A stretch of DNA of 64,000 nt from Hyphochytrium catenoides (Eukaryota; Protista; Hyphochytriomycota): contig FLMG01000941.1 of assembly GCA_900088475.1 (NCBI GenBank), positions 372,001 through 436,000 of the forward strand, in the 5' to 3' direction. The position numbers and the translations under genes are program-made. This document shows positions 25,887 to 37,215 of this stretch, in pieces. Every line of letters starts with the position of its first letter. The first letter of the stretch is position 1. The notes beneath the pieces were generated by a model that had not been told where the DNA came from, made no database searches, and worked only from the letters and a program-made list of their open reading frames with translations.

Positions 25887-27045
25887 CTACTCTTTGCGAA
25901 GCTTGCGGTGACGGAGAAACTGTCGGCTGGTTGATAGCGACAAAGCAGGATAGCGCGACCCGAAGAGTCCAATAGAGACCATCAGATAACCGCAAATCAG
26001 AAGAGACCACACCTGAAGCGCGAAGCGAGGGTTTGAGCGCGTGAGCTTGTATGAGAGAAGCAAAAGGAAGGCGGCTTAGGGAGGACTAGGAAGCAAGGTG
26101 AATCACGAGAGAGAAGACCAAACCAGACGTATGCGTTAGACAAGGCTGAAGATCGATAGATTTTGCGGGCAAAGAGGATCCACAGGAGTTCACCTCGAGC
26201 ACTATAGAGATCAAGTTCCTCAAGATCTGCTCTGTAGTGGGCTTGCTGCTAGTGAACTGACCCACGATGCAAAGTCCTTCTTCAACACATTGTAGGTGGG
26301 CGTACTGCTGCACAGTGTCCGTAGTGTCCAGCACTATGATGGCTAGTACGCCCAAAGCGTATAGCCAGCGAATGAGGGTGTGCATGTTGGTCACTAGAGC
26401 GAGAGAGAAGATGAAGATAGACAGAATAGGACGAAGAAGAGACGCGAAGATATCTCCATCGTAGAGAGTAGGAGCAGAGTTGCCGACTGATTGTCCACTC
26501 AGATCGAATAAAAGATAAACCTCCAGGATAATTAGAAGAATGGCGACGACCCGGATGAGCTTGATGTTCCTGGTAAAGCGGCATCAGACAGGTAGAAGAA
26601 AAAGCCGTCAGCAGGAAAGCAAGAAGACAACGCTACCAGGCGAGAGAGAGAGAAACGAGAGAGAAAGCACGGAGAAGGAGGTAAGAGACAGAGAGCACTA
26701 AAGGCTTTCCCCCTTTAGAGTTCCCTCCATACCCTGAGTGTTATGCTCAAAGGTAAGACGGAGAAGAAGCCTTTGTTAAGCATTTCTGACCCTTTCCTCT
26801 CTAAACCATTCTGACCTCCTCTTAGCGGGAGGCCTTCGTCTTCGCTCGACTAACCTGATAATAAGGTCTAACTCTGCATCCTGATGCTGGGAACCCTTCG
26901 CAGCCATGACTCTGTGGTAGACTAGCATGATAAGAAAAACAAGATAAAATCCTCCGATGCCCATGGCATAAGCAGTCAGGATTTGCAGCGATATGCTTAG
27001 AAAATCGGGGATGAGATCCCCGTCACCTTCCTCCACCATTGGCAT
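25887..27045 (-). CDS. Uncharacterised multi-pass membrane protein (~243 aa, about 5 hydrophobic helices)
   Basis: Three GT-AG exons 27045-26816, 26569-26194, 26012-25887 join in frame (732 nt). Hydrophobic segments: LQILTAYAMGIGGFYLVFLIMLVY, LIRVVAILLIILEVYLLF, ILSIFIFSLALV, WLYALGVLAIIVL, VWSLLICGYLMVSIGLF. Confidence 0.7.
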
Positions 27046-28042
27046 TTGCCCTCGGTCCTCCTCGAGAACCTTAGACCAGATAAAAGAGAACAGAGGAGCA
27101 AAATCCGTCAAAACGAGACGTTAGACTGGGCGATTAGGACCAGCGTCCTCAAGCTCGGAGGAGGAGCTCTTCGAACCCATCATTGCTGACGGCATATGGA
27201 TTTTCTTGCACGTCCGTTCGATATCAACGCAGTGAGTTAGGTTACGAATATGTCGATGGGCTATCGACCGCAGGAAGGAGGCATTGGTTAGATGCACTCC
27301 ATCGCGGCATAGGCTGTCTTCGAGTCTGCCAATGCTTATGGAGTCAATGTTCTGGAGCTTCGACTCTGGTTCCTGGAGCTTCAACTCTGGAGCCTGGAAT
27401 CTTGAGTTCGGGATGGAGTCTGGCGCCGGTTTGGCGATGACGAAGATGGCCTTTCGAACCATCAAATTCGGAGATTTTCTTTATCCTCGGGTCATAGGGA
27501 TAAAACATAGGATCCCCTAGGAGGGTAAATGCTAACTCTGGGCTCGAGGTCAACCACTATTTTCCGTCATAACCGGGCCTGCCATTCGGGTTATAATCTC
27601 TTAGCGCGTCACTTACTACGGCTGTTTACTCGAGTAAATAGTCCCGGGTCTTCGAGTGTTGATGGTGGAGAAAAGTGCTAAGGTGAGAGAGCTCAGGCCA
27701 TGAAGAGACAGAGAGAACACGAATCTTTGTCGGTGGGAGAGGAGACAGAAATAGACTATAATCACAATTAGACTTACTGTGAAACAGAGTAGTAAGTAAT
27801 GAAGACAGAGTCCAGTGAGATAAAGATAGCGGGAGACAGAGTAGAAGAATCAGGGTGGTGTCAGAAAGCACCTGACGGCCCAGGAGTGACAAGCTCAAGA
27901 ATTCTTGCTCTTTGAAGCTCTGCAAAAATCTCTGTCTGGTGGTCTCCTTTCTCTTCCGTCCGTGAGAGCTTGGAAGAGAGAAAGAAGTGCGACACGAGAG
28001 ACAGGGTGCCGGAAGGGAGAAGAATAGAGCATCAGCAGAAGC

Positions 28043-29122
28043 ATGATGTTAGAAGGACAACAACGGACAATGATGGGCTCTGCTAGTCCCTCTTCTCTCC
28101 ACAGGGAACTGCAGATTGCAGCGATGACGAAGACGCGAGACACTCACCTCATGTCTCGCTTATCATCATCCACTCCCTTCTCCTCTTCTGCTGCCATTGT
28201 GGCCTGTAGCCCGCGTTCTGCTGCTCCAAATTCTGAGTCCCCCGTGGCGAAAATTGTCATCGGAGGTGGGCTGACACTGGTCTTTGAATTCTTCATTGGA
28301 CATCCACTAGAGTTTACAAAGATCGGCAAACAGACGACCAACCTGCCTTATCCTCGAGTCATCAGCAACATTATCAGCAAGAAGGGCTTTGTCGGCATCT
28401 GGGATGGCTTCTTCCCCTGGGGTGCAGTGCAATCTCTAGCTAAGGGGGCCGTCTTTGGGGGTGCTCACGCCTTCACCAGGAAAGCTCTGGCACCTTATGT
28501 TCAAAAGGGCTACATCTCTGATGGCACCTCGCAGGTTATTTCAGGAGGAATAGGAGGCGGCTTTCAGGGCTTTGTTCTTAGCCCTACACTGCTGTTGAAG
28601 ACTCGTGTCATGACGGATCCGGTCTTCCGTAAGGACATGACAATGCTCCAGACTTCAGTCAAGGCAACGACGGTGGGAATGAGAGTCATCAAAGAGGAAG
28701 GCGTGAGAGCGCTCATGAAGGGAAGTGGCATGTTTGCTTTCAAGAGAGTGCTTGACTGGTCTTCTCGCTTCTACTTCTCCGTCTGGACGGAGAATATCCT
28801 TTATAAACGACATGACAAGCATAGGAAGCTCACTGTCGGACAACAGACGACCGCCTCTCTTATCGGAGGTACCTTCAGCGCTGTGTTGACCATTCCTTTC
28901 GACGTTATGGTCTCTCAGATTCAGCAGACAGCCAAAGCGGGGCAGAAAGTCAGCGTTATTGGGCTACTGAAGGAGCAGACCGGGAGCGCAGGTGGCATGA
29001 AGAGCACGCTTGAGTTTGTAACACGGGGTTTCGTTCCTAGATTGGCGCATGTGGCACTCACAACGGCGCTACTAAAGACTGCGTCCAGCGCTGTCTATGA
29101 TATGTATCAAGACTCACAGTAA
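28043..29122 (+). CDS. Mitochondrial carrier (SLC25), YHM2-like citrate/oxoglutarate carrier, intronless
   Basis: Three carrier repeats with Px[DE]xx[KR]-type signatures (HPLEFTK, SPTLLLKTR, IPFDVMVSQ); GFFPWGAVQSLAKGAVF resembles Yhm2 GLIPWAWIEASTKGAVL. Start codon uncertain (28043 or 28151). AATAAA at ~29130. Confidence 0.85.
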   Translation: MMLEGQQRTMMGSASPSSLHRELQIAAMTKTRDTHLMSRLSSSTPFSSSAAIVACSPRSAAPNSESPVAKIVIGGGLTLVFEFFIGHPLEFTKIGKQTTNLPYPRVISNIISKKGFVGIWDGFFPWGAVQSLAKGAVFGGAHAFTRKALAPYVQKGYISDGTSQVISGGIGGGFQGFVLSPTLLLKTRVMTDPVFRKDMTMLQTSVKATTVGMRVIKEEGVRALMKGSGMFAFKRVLDWSSRFYFSVWTENILYKRHDKHRKLTVGQQTTASLIGGTFSAVLTIPFDVMVSQIQQTAKAGQKVSVIGLLKEQTGSAGGMKSTLEFVTRGFVPRLAHVALTTALLKTASSAVYDMYQDSQ

Positions 29123-29173
29123 AGCATAAAATAAAGTACGAATAGCTTGCTGCTTGTGCGTCTCTCTTTCTTT

Positions 29174-29279
29174 GTCTCTCTGTCTATTTGTTTCTCTACT
29201 CCTAGCGCTGTGCTGGCCTTGTGCTGTCTCTTTCATAGTCTCTCTGTCTATTTGTTTCTCTACTCCTAGCGCTGTGCTG
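29174..29279 (+). repeat. Direct repeat of about 42 bp, two copies
   Basis: GTCTCTCTGTCTATTTGTTTCTCTACTCCTAGCGCTGTGCTG starts at 29174 and again at 29238. Confidence 0.9.
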
Positions 29280-29567
29280 TCTGGCCCATCCTATCCTTTT
29301 ATAGGGTAAGGTATTTTGCAATCTCTCTGCTTCAATGGATTTGACCGCTTTTTTTAGTGGTTCGACCTGTACTCGTCTTCTCTCCTACTTCTGCTGGTGA
29401 TGCTGTCATGGCCACGCAGTCGTCAATGTTCCCTATCTATCAGTCAACAGCCAGTCTCCGTCATTCCTCTTGTCAGGGGGAAGAGGAAGTAGAGGCCCAT
29501 GGCTTTCCTTTTCCATTCCCGCCTCTCCTCTCGTTAGGTCTCTCTGCTGCCTGTAGAGCTAGGGACC

Positions 29568-31845
29568 TCACATAAAGTCATCATATTCGTCGTATTCGAA
29601 GGCCCCCGTCTCTGCAGCGTTAAAGGCATCGCCTCTCTCAATCTTGGTGAACCCGCCCTTCCCGGCTGGGCCCTTCTTCTTCTTGCCCTTGGGCTTCGCC
29701 TTGGCCATCTTGTCGTTCTGGATTACCTGATATAACAGAAAAGGCAATTTGCTTAGGATCCTTAAACCACGCCAAGAGTTGAGAAGCGGGGTAGGTACAG
29801 ATCCTCGGCACCACCAAGAAGTGAAGCATCAGTGGAGGACATCAGTAATAGTGAGGAGAGGAAGGGACTAAACGTCCGCGGGCCAAAGCTAACACATACA
29901 ACTTGTTCCTTACATTCAGAACTGTCACTACGTCTTTAATGTCATCCACCGTAAGGCTTCCTTCCACCTACATGCCACGCCATGAGAAGCTTCGTGAGAA
30001 GAAAGGAGGTCTCCCAGAGGCAACTGTCTCAAACGTCCAATAAGATAAGCTTAGGACGAGGAAGGGAGTGGAAGGAACCCATACGGGAGGAAAGCACTCG
30101 CAGCAAGGAATACGAGTCTACCTTTCGGATGAGCTCCTTCAGAAAATCCATAATAAATCGCTGGTTCTGCAGATAAAAGAGAGACTCTGTAAGTCCGCTG
30201 AAGGGTGGATGGTGCATGCAAGAAGGGCAGCTCACGGCACAGCGATGGCGCAAGGTGAAGGCAAAACAGAGCTTAAGCAGTATCTAACGACATAGAGAAA
30301 GAGGAGATGATAGCGAAAAAAGCCCGAGATCATAGCTAAATTATCCAGTTGTTTGACTAGCAGTGTTCGATCTGACACGAGCAGAAGACTTGAACACCCA
30401 TGGAAGAGTAAAGAAGAGAATTGAGCAAGAGAGACAACGACGCAACCAGAACTTCGACGCCCAGTACTCACCCCCTTAGTCAGCTTAGATGCCAGCAGCT
30501 CTGCAACCTTCTCATAGTCCGCAAGCGACACCATACGAAGCTTTGTGATGGCCACCTCCAGCTCCTCTCCCGGAACATTTTCTTCCTCTGAAGGCATAGA
30601 AAGAGACATAAGGATGTCAACAAATTTGCCAAGCGTAGATCTAAAACAAGGCAGACGTCCCGCCACCGGTGGCTTGCACGAGCAGTGAAAATTGATAATA
30701 GAGCAAACTACTGAGACAAACCGTTCCAACCGTTCACTGTCCTCCGTGCTCACCTTTCGTAGGCTTGGCTGCAAAGAGATCTTGAGCGCTGTCTAAGTCT
30801 GCTTCCTCTGCTAGCCGTTTCTCTCTTGCGCGTCTATCTTCCACACTCTCTTCCGCCTTTTGCTCCTTTGAATGTAAAACAGACGGTACTATGAGGGTCA
30901 CGAGCGAACTTGATGGAAGAAACGACGACGGGATGGGAGAGCTGCTCACCTCCAGTCTCCGCTTTGCGATGGCTTCTTCCTGTTTACGCTTCAACTCCGC
31001 CTCCTTCTGTTTCATCTTCTTGATCTATGGATTAAGAGCAAGTAAATCAGATACAGCCAGCGCTAAGCGGGTGAAGAGGATGAGGTCAAAAGGAAGAAGC
31101 CCAAAGCCCTGAGACACGATACGCCTGATAGAGAAGAGAGAGAGAGATGTAGTGCGCTAAGAACACAGCAAAGAAGAAGAGGCAAGGACGAAGCTTAGAG
31201 AACAGGACTGAGGAGGAGGCTGAGGAGGAAGCAGATCCCACCTGCTTGGGCTTTAGGGGACCTGCAGAAGCTTTGGGAGCCTCCTGGACCTCTTCCTCCT
31301 CTTCCTCATCCTCCCAAGAGGCAGGAACCTTCACTTCCTCCTTTGTAAGACTGGGGGTTGGTAAAGAACAATGTCAGTTCCTCTCTCAAGCATAGTTTAA
31401 CCTTTCGATGCCTTTCTTTATCGCAAAGAAACGCTGGCCTGGCGTCTCTCAACAGACAGGACTCCTCCTCTCTGTCTCTTCCCTCTCTCCTCACTTCAAA
31501 GTCTTTTAGCTTTCCTCTCCCAGCAGGCTCGGTCTCTTCTTATCCCTCGCTCCCTCTCATGATTCAAGGGTCTCGTCCCCATTCTATCTAGGGAACGTAC
31601 ACTGGCACCTCGAAGCCATCGTCGTCTGCAGTGCAAAAGCGATGGAGGAAGGAAAACATCGTGTTAGCCCGAGAAAGATTGACAACAAATCGAAGAAAGA
31701 GAGACACCGACTGATCGCCAACTGGACGAGTCACGAATAGGAGAGAGACAGAGAAAAGAATAAGATAAAAAGAAACAAAAGGCATAGAGCGGAGCTGGGG
31801 CACTTTCTTCATAGGAAGAAGGCAAGACTAACCCCAAGAATCCAT
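29568..31845 (-). CDS. EIF3J: Eukaryotic translation initiation factor 3 subunit J, about 9 exons
   Basis: Spliced peptide MDSW/DDDGFEVP/VLTKEEVKVPASWEDEEEEEE...RRAREKRLAEEADLDSAQDLF...FLKELIRK...FEYDEYDDFM*. The acidic SWED N-terminus, EEADL..A.DLF and terminal DDFM are eIF3j hallmarks. Confidence 0.92.
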
Positions 31846-32331
31846 CTTTGCAAAGGCTTTGTCCGCTCTCTCCTTCTCGACTCTTAAGTCTCCCTTCTTT
31901 TGTCACTGCTCTGATAAGGGTTATTCAGCTACTGCTGATGCCTGAATCTTCCAATAACTCTTGACCGAGCAACGGAGGAGAAGCTCAATTGAGATTGCTA
32001 CCGCTTGTCGTCGATGCTCCCTAGCCACGGCGTTTGCTTTTGCACTCCGCTTTGTTTGAGAGCCAACCAATGCCAAGGCGCGGGCAAGGAAGCTGATGGG
32101 CAAGACAGGCTGAAGCGAGACAGAGCGGGCGGCAAGTCTTCAGAAGGCAACAGACGGCTGCGATGTGGGCAGACGGCACTTGTTAGAGTCTGACGGGCAC
32201 CAATGTAGAGACCGCAAGGGCGATGAGCTCCAAGAGGATGATGAGAAAGCCACAGAGAGGAAGAGGATGGAGCATGCGAGACATAGACAACAGAGGCATG
32301 AAAGCCGCTTGTAAAAAGCTGGAGGACAGGA

Positions 32332-32333
<2 letters not shown>

Positions 32334-32373
<40 letters not shown>

Positions 32374-32431
32374 CACGAGAAAGAGTGAGTGTGTGTCAGA
32401 GAGAGAAAGAGAGAAAGAGAGAGAGAGAGAG

Positions 32432-32479
<48 letters not shown>

Positions 32480-32501
32480 AAGAGAGAGACAAAGAGAGAG
32501 A
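32334..32501 (+). repeat. (GA)n microsatellite tract, one of many (also ~6555-6640, 9640-9715, 36355-36450, 41760-41792, 51610-51770)
   Basis: Directly visible dinucleotide repeats; all four N-gaps in the window (~5030, 19547, 21695, 51691) fall in such tracts. Confidence 0.95.
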
Positions 32502-32642
32502 GAGGAGTCAGAAGCTGATCACTCCCTCAGCCCTCAGTTTTGGCCTGACCACTCGCTCTCACACTCTTCACTCTTTACCGGCATAATAATCCAGAATATC
32601 TTGCTCAGGTTCTAAATGAAAGCATTACATTGAGAATAGTAT

Positions 32643-32712
32643 AGTACTCCGGAGTAATATTGTTGTGCGACGTTGCGCGCTGTACAGCGTGTATGCGTTA
32701 CCGTTAACAGTA
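32643..32712. promoter_or_regulatory. Palindrome cluster in the divergent eIF3j / oxidoreductase intergenic region
   Basis: TACTCCGGAGTA (32645-32656), CGCTGTACAGCG (32678-32689) and near-palindrome TACCGTTAACAGTA (32699-32712). Regulatory role is inferred. Confidence 0.4.
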
Positions 32713-33945
32713 GCGGTGGTCCCATTGCAAGGACTCAATTCGGCTCGGCAGAAACCATAGATCTATTCAGGGCCACCTTGTCTTCAAACCCCTAGTCTTT
32801 GAAATTCTCTATGTCTCAAGGAAAGGAAAGTGGTTCCTTAGACAGGTTGAATATATAATCTATGGATAAGACAGGTGGGACTCTGGTGTGGAAGGTCCAT
32901 CATCATTCTCGGCTGTGCAGGTGCAAAAGCTCAAAGCTCTTTCGATAAGATCTTCATCATCCCTCATCAGAGATTTATTTATAAAGAGTGGCGCCAGGAG
33001 GTCAGCGGCCGCTCCGCTCATCAACAGCAGAGCTGAGAGGAAGAGACGGAAGGGGACCCTGCCTCGCTTCTCCCAGGAGCAGCTGGCAGCAGCAGCTGCT
33101 GAGAGGAAAGAGGAAAACCAAGCGTGAGAGAGAGGGAGAGACTTCGTCGAGGAGGAACAGACAAGGTCCAGTCCTTCCTATTACCTAGTTCCTAGCGACT
33201 GCCTTTCTGGTTAAACCTTAGACCGATCGTACGGCTTCTTCTTCCTTCGCGGGCCCCCCCCCCACCCGCCCACCCGGCCAACCCTAACCTTCTCGTGCTG
33301 CCTGCTGCGGGCGCCGAACGAGGAGTCTGATCTTGCAGGTGGTGGGAGATCTCCTCACTAAATCCATGTGCTCCCTACCTGCTTGCCTATCTGATGCCCC
33401 CTTCTTCTTTACCCTCTTACGCGGCATCCCTAGCCTTTTCCCTTACACTACTACTGCTGCCCTCTGCGGACTCAGGATCGGACGCTGTAGCAGTCCTCCC
33501 TGCTGCTGCTGCTGTCTGGGAAATAAGTAACCCTTGCAGCCAGAGAGCATCTTTTCCGCGGCGTGTGGAGCAACCCGGCCGCCAGTCAACAACTGGATAA
33601 TAGTTTCCGCTGACATAAAGCAAAGATTCTACTTTGAAGCTCGTTTTTGGGCCAAGGCTGTGGCGCCAGCATCACAGCTCAAGGCGGATCCAAAGGTTAT
33701 GATTAGTCCTTGTTCCTTTTGTGATTTTCCTTAGTAGGGGAGAATTGCCAGCCTCGTGCCGTTCAACCGGTCTTTGCTCTCCATCCAAGCTCTCCGCAAG
33801 CAGCAACGCGCTCTCTTTGTTGCCGGTTGCGCAGTGTTTTCTATTCGGGTCTCATCGTTGCTTTGTCATCTCTCCTGCTGCCTGTTCGACCACCCTTCCC
33901 ATCGCTCTGCTTCTCCCTTCGTGGCTGTTCTTGTCAGCAGGTATC

Positions 33946-35298
33946 ATGAACGACAAAGATAGCAACCGCGGATACGTTTACGATGTCGTCATCGTGGGTG
34001 GAAGCTTCGCTGGACTAAGCGCCGCACTCATACTGGCGCGGTGCAACCGGCACGTCCTGGTTGTCGACGAGTCCGGCTCCTCTGGCGAGACGTCCAGGAA
34101 CTATGCGGCCAAGATAGTCCACGGCTTTCTCACGCACGTGGATCCCACATCTCCCAAAGACCTGCTGGCCCGGGGAAAGAGGCAAATCTCTGCCTATCCG
34201 AATGTCCAGTTCATGACAGGGTTGGCCGTGAAAGTCTGCAAGGCTCAGATGGAGATAGAGAGAGTCGATGCTACGGAGGAGCTGGAGAGGAGACTGTCTT
34301 CTGAAGGAAGGCCAGAGGCGAGAACAACTTCCGCGGGAGAGGAAATGCGTCTGCGTAAGCCATTCTTTATGTGCAAGATGAGAGATCTTCTAACTCAGCC
34401 AGGCGAGAACGACGCGTGGAATGGCCCGAGGGATGATAAAACAAAGGACGAGAAGAGCAAAGTAGCGTCAGGAGAGGGAGAAGAGAAAGTTATTATTCAC
34501 AATGGCTTCGAGGTGAACGTTGTAGCTGGGGAAAGATCTGGCGCCCAGACAAAGGCAGAGGACAGCGGCGACAAGGAAGCAAAGGAGGAGCGCTACGAAG
34601 TGTACACGCGCAAAGTCATCTTCGCTACGGGCGTCAAGGATGTTCTCCCTACTGAGATTCCAAAGTTTGACCAGTTTTACGGCAATGGCGTGTGGCATTG
34701 CCCTGTATGTGACGCTTTTGGTTATATTAACGAGCCAGTGGGCGTTTATGGGACGGACGACGCGGCGGAGGAAGCAGCGCAGATGGCCTATGAGATCCTT
34801 ATTTGGACCAATAACGTGACTCTCTTCACGAATGGGATGACAGAGCTGTCGGAGAAGGTCCAAAATATGTTGAGACGCCGTCCAGAGATTCGAGTGATAT
34901 ATTCCAAGATTATAGACTTGATCGGCGACGAGGAAGAGGGCGAAGTGAAACAGGATGGAAAGGAGAGTCAACTCAAAAAGGTCGTCGTAGAAGACAGACT
35001 GGACGACGGCTCAACTACCTGGGAGGCCATTCCTTGTCACGCTCTCTTCTTCAGCACAGGGAGAGTCCAGGCACCTACGATAGACTATGAGAAGCTGGGC
35101 TGCAAGCTGGACAAGAAGGGCGACATCGAGTGCCTTGAAACAGGGACTTGCAAGGGCGTGGAGGGACTTTATTTCGCTGGGAACGCTACTACGCGAAGGC
35201 TAATGATGGTGGCTAGTGCGGTGGGAAATGGGGCGACGGTAGGCTTTCAGGCCAACACTGACCTCATGCATGAGGACATTGAAGAAGAGATGAAGTGA
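33946..35298 (+). CDS. FAD-dependent pyridine nucleotide-disulfide oxidoreductase, thioredoxin-reductase fold, intronless CDS
   Basis: YDVVIVGGSFAGLSAAL (FAD Rossmann), RN...HGFLT, IFATGVKD, GVWHCPVCD (CxxC), VEGLYFAGNA. ATG at 33946 follows a pyrimidine-rich CAG acceptor at 33940, so the upstream part of ORF 33721 is probably a 5'-UTR intron. Confidence 0.9.
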   Translation: MNDKDSNRGYVYDVVIVGGSFAGLSAALILARCNRHVLVVDESGSSGETSRNYAAKIVHGFLTHVDPTSPKDLLARGKRQISAYPNVQFMTGLAVKVCKAQMEIERVDATEELERRLSSEGRPEARTTSAGEEMRLRKPFFMCKMRDLLTQPGENDAWNGPRDDKTKDEKSKVASGEGEEKVIIHNGFEVNVVAGERSGAQTKAEDSGDKEAKEERYEVYTRKVIFATGVKDVLPTEIPKFDQFYGNGVWHCPVCDAFGYINEPVGVYGTDDAAEEAAQMAYEILIWTNNVTLFTNGMTELSEKVQNMLRRRPEIRVIYSKIIDLIGDEEEGEVKQDGKESQLKKVVVEDRLDDGSTTWEAIPCHALFFSTGRVQAPTIDYEKLGCKLDKKGDIECLETGTCKGVEGLYFAGNATTRRLMMVASAVGNGATVGFQANTDLMHEDIEEEMK

Positions 35299-37215
35299 CG
35301 GTGGTCTTTCTCTCCGTTCTCTCCCCCGGGCGAGTCACCTCTCACTCGTTTCTCCGTCTTCAATGGCTCATATCCACTATGGCACACCTTACTGTTCTGA
35401 TTATCTTGTCCCTACCAAACCCTCCTACGCCTATGGTTCTTCCTTTCTCTGTCTCATCCTCTTCTCCTCGATCCCTCACTTCCTGCGTCTACTTTCCTGG
35501 TGTGACGCTCTGAATGTCATCCTCCTTAATCCTCTTTACCCTCTTTCTCGCTCTCTTTCTCTTCGTTTGGAGGATGACACACGATTAGCCTCCGGCTCCT
35601 GCGCTTCTTTCTCGTGGAGTCAGTAGGAGGATAGAGAGATAGCCTGTACCACTTTACAACGTCTTTGATAATGGGAATAGGCTTTCCTTCCTCTCAACTA
35701 ATGACCTCCCTTCACCAAGCTGTGCACCAGGATACGGCACTACCCGCACCTCGACAAGTACTCCGGAGTAAGCGCCGGTCTCGGCCAAGGAATATAAGAC
35801 TATCAGAGCCGGGGAAAAGAATCTAAATGCCCTTGCAACCTATTCAAAGAAGAGAACGTCTTTCTCAGTCATGGTCCTTTCATTGGGTCCAGCATCTTTC
35901 TTTAAACGTTGTCAGACCTCTGTCCACTAGCATCTCACTCAGCTCGATTCCACCACTGCTCTCTCTATCAGCAGCCCTTGCCTATAGTTCTATCGACCCT
36001 GTCCCTTCCTCTTCTTCCCTACCTAGTCAGCTTCATTCACCACATACAGCAGATCTACTCTTCCTCTCTCTCTCTTCTCCCAGTCAATGCTCAGGACTCT
36101 CTTCTCTCTCTCTCTTGGTCCATCTGTTTCCCCGGGGGTCGATGTTCCTGGAGCCCAAGTCATAACAAAGCTAAGCAAAGCAAGCAGCTCCCAATTACGG
36201 TCCGTTACCGAATGAAAGATTCAGTAATGAAAAACACAGCTTTCTTTTCAGGGCCATTAAATACTAAGAGTGGGAGCAGCATGAAATGTTTCACTACGTC
36301 GTCCTGCAAAAAAAAGGTCTTTCCCTTCCCCTTCTGTTTCTCTCTGTCTCTTTTTCGCTCTCTCTCTCTCTCACACACACTCTTTCTCTCTCTTTTTCTC
36401 TCTTTCTCTTTCTCTCTCTCTCTCACACTCTTACTCTCTCTCTCACACTCTCTCTGCCCCTCCCTCCCTCCCCCTCTCTTCCATTTTTTGTCTCTCCAGT
36501 CTCTGTCTTCCGTGCCTTTCACCTCTCTCTCGCTCTCTCTTCACGCCAATAGCGCGCTGCTCCTCTTCTTCCTTCCTCTTCTCTTCGGTCACTCTTACAT
36601 TGCCTGACGCTTCTTCATCGAAGAGAGGAGCGGCGTTCCTTCTTCTTCTTGGCCTCTACCCTGCCTCTTCACATTCTCTTCTTGTCTTCTGTGCTACTTT
36701 CGTCATGGACATCTGAACTCTCAACCTCCTCTCGCTTCTTCTTCTGATGGGCTGAAACCCCCACGACGTCTGACAGGGCTTGGAGGCCTGCCAGTCAGCC
36801 GGACGGTGGTACTTTCCCATCTCGACCCTGGCCGGTCGATGGAGTGGCTGTTAGGAAGCCATTGGCTTGCCAGCAATCTGTCTCAACTGAGAGATTCTGC
36901 CACTGCTTTCTCATATCTATTATCTATCGAGTACATCTCTCACCAACTCTTTCTCTTCACAATATAGCTTTAGCCCCCCTCTCTCTCTCTCTACCTGCAT
37001 AGTACTCACGTCCCCTCGTCGGTCTCGTCCACCTCTGAGGATTCAACCTCTTAGCATCTCGTTGCCACTTTCTCTGAACTGTGCGTAGGGGCGGAGACCG
37101 TATGGGACGTCGATAGGAAGAAGGGCTGATCATCTCTATCAACTCTCCTCGCCTCCTCTTCTTCACTCTTTCTCTCTCTCTCTCTCTCTCTCATTCTGAA
37201 CCCTTAGTGATCACA

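Noticed and set aside
33721-33945. Hydrophobic N-terminal 75 aa of ORF 33721-35298 as a signal or transit peptide
   Set aside because: GTG start; pyrimidine-rich and ends in a CAG acceptor 5 nt before the ATG, so it reads as a leader intron.
35296-35400. Selenocysteine read-through of the TGA in the TrxR-fold gene
   Set aside because: Low-molecular-weight fold, no GCUG-type tail and no recognisable SECIS.
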